Source: Hemiscyllium ocellatum (taxonomy: Eukaryota). From it: 64,000 nt of DNA. This document shows positions 60,484 through 64,000 of the stretch, one piece after another (the first letter of the stretch is position 1; each line of letters opens with the position of its first letter). The position numbers and the translations under genes were made by a program. Location of the stretch: assembly GCF_020745735.1 (NCBI RefSeq), contig NC_083435.1, positions 35,260,121 through 35,324,120 on the forward strand, read 5' to 3'. A model generated the notes under the pieces. That model made no database searches and had not been told where the DNA came from. It was given only the letters and a program-made list of their open reading frames with translations.

Positions 60484-62657
60484 ATATCAAACCTACAGCT
60501 TAGCAAGCAAACCTACACTCTAAACCTCAACCTGAGCTACAAACCTTCACAAACCTTGCAAAAGCCCTAAATGAGTTTTTTGCTTTGGTTTTCACCAAGG
60601 AAAGGGAACTTGTTGTAAATGAAAACTTAGAGGAGCTGGGATACAGTCTTGACCAGTTAAAGATTGATGAAGTTGACATGCTAGAAATTTTGGAAAACAT
60701 TAAGATGGATAAGTCCCCGGGACCAGATCAGATTTATCCTAGGCTGCTCCAGGAAGTGAGAAAGGAGTTTGCTAAGCCGCTGGTGAGGATATTTGCCTCC
60801 TCACTCTCCACGAGAGTCGTACCGGAGGATTGGAAGGAGGCGAATGTTGTTCCTCTTTTCAAGAAGGGTAATAGGGAAATCCCTGGCAATTACAGACCAG
60901 TCAGCCTTATGTCTGTGGTCAGCAAAGTTTTGGAAAGAATTCTGAGGGAGAGGATTTATGACTACTTGGCAAAGCACAGTGTGATGAAAGGCAGTCAGCA
61001 TGGCTTTGTGAGGGGCAGGTCATACCTCACGAATCTTATTGAGTTCTTTGAGGAGGTGTCAAGACAGGTTGATGACGGTCGAGCAGTGGGTGTGGTGTAT
61101 ATGGACTTCCAGCAAGGTATTTGATAAGGTTCCCCATGGTAGGCTCATTCATAAAGTCAGGAAGTATGGGATACAGGGAGATTTGGCTATCTGTATTCAA
61201 AATTGGTTGGTTGACAGAAGGCAGAGAGTGGTTGTAGATGGAAAGTATTCTCCCTGGAAGAGTGATGAGTAGGGTCCCGCAGGGCTCTGTTCTTGGGCCT
61301 CTGTTCTTTGTAGTTTTTATAAATGACTTGGATGAGGAGGTTGAGGGATGGGTTAGTAAAGTTGCAGATCACAAAAGGTTGGAGGTGTCGTCGATAGTAT
61401 AGAGGGCTATTGCAGCTGCAGTGCGATATAGACAGGATGCAGAGCTGGGCTGAGAAATGGCAGGTGGCGTTCAACCTGGATAAATGCGAAGTGATGCATT
61501 TTGGAAGGTCGAACATGAATACTGAATATAGAATTAAAGACAAGATTCTTGGCAGTGTGGAGGAACAGAGGGACCTGGGTGTGCAAGTACATAGATCTCT
61601 TAAAGTTGCCACCCAAGTAGATTGGGTTATTTAAAGAAAGCGTATGGTGTTTTGGCTTTCTTAACGGGGGATTGAGTTTAAGAGCCGCGAGGTTTTGTTG
61701 CAGCTCTACAAGTCCCTGGTGAGACCACACTTGGAATATTGTGTCCAGTTCTGATTGCCCTACTATAGGAAAGATACAGAGGCTTTGGAAGGGTGCAAAG
61801 AAGGTTTACCAGATGCTGCCTGGATTGGAGGGCTTGCCTTATGAAGAAAGGTTGAATAAGCTCGGACTTTTCTCCAGGGAGAGGAGACCTGATTGAGGGG
61901 TACAATAATAATGAGAGGAAGAGATAGAGTCAATAGCCAGAGACTTTTCCCCACGGCAGGATTGACTGGTTAGAGGAGTCATAGTTTGAAGATATTAGGA
62001 GGAAGATATAAAGGAGAGGTCAGACGTAGGTTTTTTTATGCAGAGAGTTGTGAATGAATGGAATGCATTGTCAGCTGTGGTGGAGGAAGCAGTGTCATTG
62101 GGGACATTTAAGCGACTGCTGGACATGCACATAGATAGCAGTGAGTTGAGGGGTGCTTAGGTTAAACCTCGGCACAACATCGTGGGCCAAAGGGGCTGTT
62201 CTGTGCTGTACTTTTCTATGTTTTATGTCTACTATCCCTACTACCCCTCTTGAATAATGGGACAACATTAGTTAATGATTTTTGAGAGTTTGTGATTACA
62301 GTTACTTCATATAGACAGTTGATGATTTGTAAGTAATTTTCTGACATTTATTGAATTTGTTAGGAAGCAGCATGATAAATCTGATAAATGAGTTAATTAC
62401 ATTTAAAAAGGACACCACGTGACAACTTGGGATTGTTTGCTGTTACCAGAAGAGAAACAGGCTGAAATTGTGGAATGTGTTGGTCATGTTAAAGATACTT
62501 AGGTAGCATCCTGCTCTCAAGTGAAGATGGTAGGGAACTCTTCCCTGTGTCTTGCTTCTCTTTTTCAGGTCCATCTTCCATTTGGAGAAGACAGCTCTCT
62601 GTGGATTGCCAGATGAAGACCACCACGTTCCATGGAGACCACCAGATGAGAGCCTTC

Positions 62658-62881
62658 TGAAGTGATACCAGAGAGGCCAGTATCCTGTCATCAAGTCACC
62701 TTTTAGTTACACATGAAAAGTCCTTGACAGTGGTCCAGCTCCCTCAGAACCTGCTCTCAGTGTCAAAATGTCTGACACTCCTGTTTGTATATGTCAGCCA
62801 GGGCTCCCTTACTGAACCAGATTAACAGCCCCAATCAGAGAATTCATATTTCATGAAGTCTACGTGGCGGACCTCATTACA
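62658..62881 (-). mobile_element. Second copy of the same LTR family (no nested insertion)
   Basis: Reverse complement TGTAATGAGGTC...CTGATTGGGGCTGTT...GGGAGCCCTGGCTGACATATACAAACAGGAGTGTCAG...TCA is collinear with 32675-33038. No TSD recognised. Confidence 0.75.
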
Positions 62882-64000
62882 ATCACGACATTCTTCGCTG
62901 CCCTGAGATCTTGTTTTACCCTGGTGCAAGTAATGTACGTTATGTCAGTCAATTTTCTACATCCTTTTGGCAGCTACTCATGGTGTTGGGTGACCATTGC
63001 CCCTTGTCCGTCTTCATCTGAGGGTTAGTTTACTTTCCGAGAGCAAAATCTTACTTCTGATACATGTTGCACTCATAATCAAGGAAACAGGATTCAATGA
63101 ATCTTTTGTTTATGCCTGTGGAAGGCAAGATACTACTGTCACACAGTTAGTGAGGTTTCACGCTGTACAGGAAATACCAATCATGGAATACTGAGTGACA
63201 TAGGTTTAATAGGAATCCCAAATGCCAACTTCAGACTCCCTTCCAGGAGCCACAGAGGATTTGAAATGCCAAAGCCCCTGAAAAGTCCTCCTATCTCTCC
63301 CAGCCAGGGATATATCACATCTAGGCCTGGGGTTTGTTCACTTTCAAACCTGCTAATACCTCCTCTCCCTCACAATGCTAATCTGTTCAGGTATATCACA
63401 GACCCTTCCTTGATTTCTATATCTGCATCATCTTTCCCTGCAGTGAATATAGAATAAATTGTTGGTGGGGGGGGGTGATGTTGTGAATTTGAGGGTAATG
63501 GATCTGTAGGTGTATGGGGTGGGGATGGAATGCAGACTGCAGCAGGACATGTCGTGAGGAGAGATTGCAAGACCAAGGATGGGTTTGTCAGGTCCCTGGG
63601 GCTTTTTGTATGATTAGCATCAATAAAGTAGGTTTATCACTAACCCACCTCCCTCCAGATGAGTAACATTGTAAGTGATTGACACGCTGGTTTGGTTAAA
63701 AGTCTGCTGTCTGACTATGAACCATTCAGATTTAATTTCTTGCTACACTGGAAACTCGGTGAACCTTTGGTTGTGCCAATGGCCCTCGCAGAGGTCGTTC
63801 TCTGGCACCAATGTCACTGCTGAACATTTGTTTCCCTTGGACGATTCTTCAAATCATGTCAGAGAAGATAGTTGCATTTCTGACACAAGTGACCTTTTGA
63901 CATTGTAACGGGATAGAATTGTGTGTGATCCTTCCATTCTCTAACGTATTTATTCAAACACAACAGGAAAATTTGAAGTTCAGTCATGGTTAGTACTTCC

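Larger units (their letters stand above)
59132..60561 (-). mobile_element. Penelope-like retroelement, Penelope/Poseidon type, with inverted terminal repeats, inserted in a CR1
   Basis: RT (GTPMGSPLS, RYVDD) in 59687-60490 and GIY-YIG (IIYKILCKDCHKHYVGQTGR) in 59021-59614, with no Cys linker. Terminal repeat is present in inverted orientation at both ends. Flanks AAGCCCGAAATGA (59119-59131) and AAGCCCTAAATGA (60562-60574) form a 13-bp TSD with one mismatch. Confidence 0.92.
58470..62230 (+). mobile_element. CR1-clade LINE (endonuclease end, RT, 3' tail) split by the Penelope insertion
   Basis: LDLLL...GEHFGECDHN, KSPGPDQI, NYRPVSL, FDKVPH motifs; TTCTATG-type tail near 62215-62227. Confidence 0.93.

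Noticed and set aside
62900-63030. DKG motif as Harbinger transposase GDKGY
   Set aside because: Flanking residues do not follow the W.LGD.GYP..WL.TP pattern in any frame.

Overview
Eukaryotic, repeat-rich, intron-containing DNA. The repeat complement (HE1/V-type SINEs with CR1-derived tails, CR1 LINEs, Penelope-like elements) points to a shark; this is an inference. I assembled two spliced immune genes by hand from GT-AG boundaries and phase-consistent exons, both on the minus strand and in tandem. (1) A 5-exon MHC class I-like heavy chain (49613 to 30500, 351 aa): signal peptide, alpha1, alpha2, alpha3, and one TM+cytoplasmic exon. It has lost 8 of the 9 canonical peptide-anchoring residues, has an almost entirely apolar groove with two extra cysteines, an X1-X2-Y promoter module, and a stop codon inside a 10-residue tail repeat. 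(2) A 6-exon RING/B-box/coiled-coil/PRY-SPRY TRIM gene (26040 to 11493, 530 aa) with a 65-residue Asp/Glu-rich linker insertion, a very acidic SPRY domain and an ISRE-like site. Most of the rest is transposable-element debris: two classes of Penelope-like element carrying hammerhead ribozyme motifs, fold-back Penelope termini, a solo-LTR family, Harbinger-type Myb/SANT relics, and a 33-bp minisatellite. Most ORFs in the supplied track are TE fragments or chance frames. No CRISPR array, rRNA or bona fide tRNA gene was found. TE boundaries are approximate unless a target-site duplication (TSD) is quoted.
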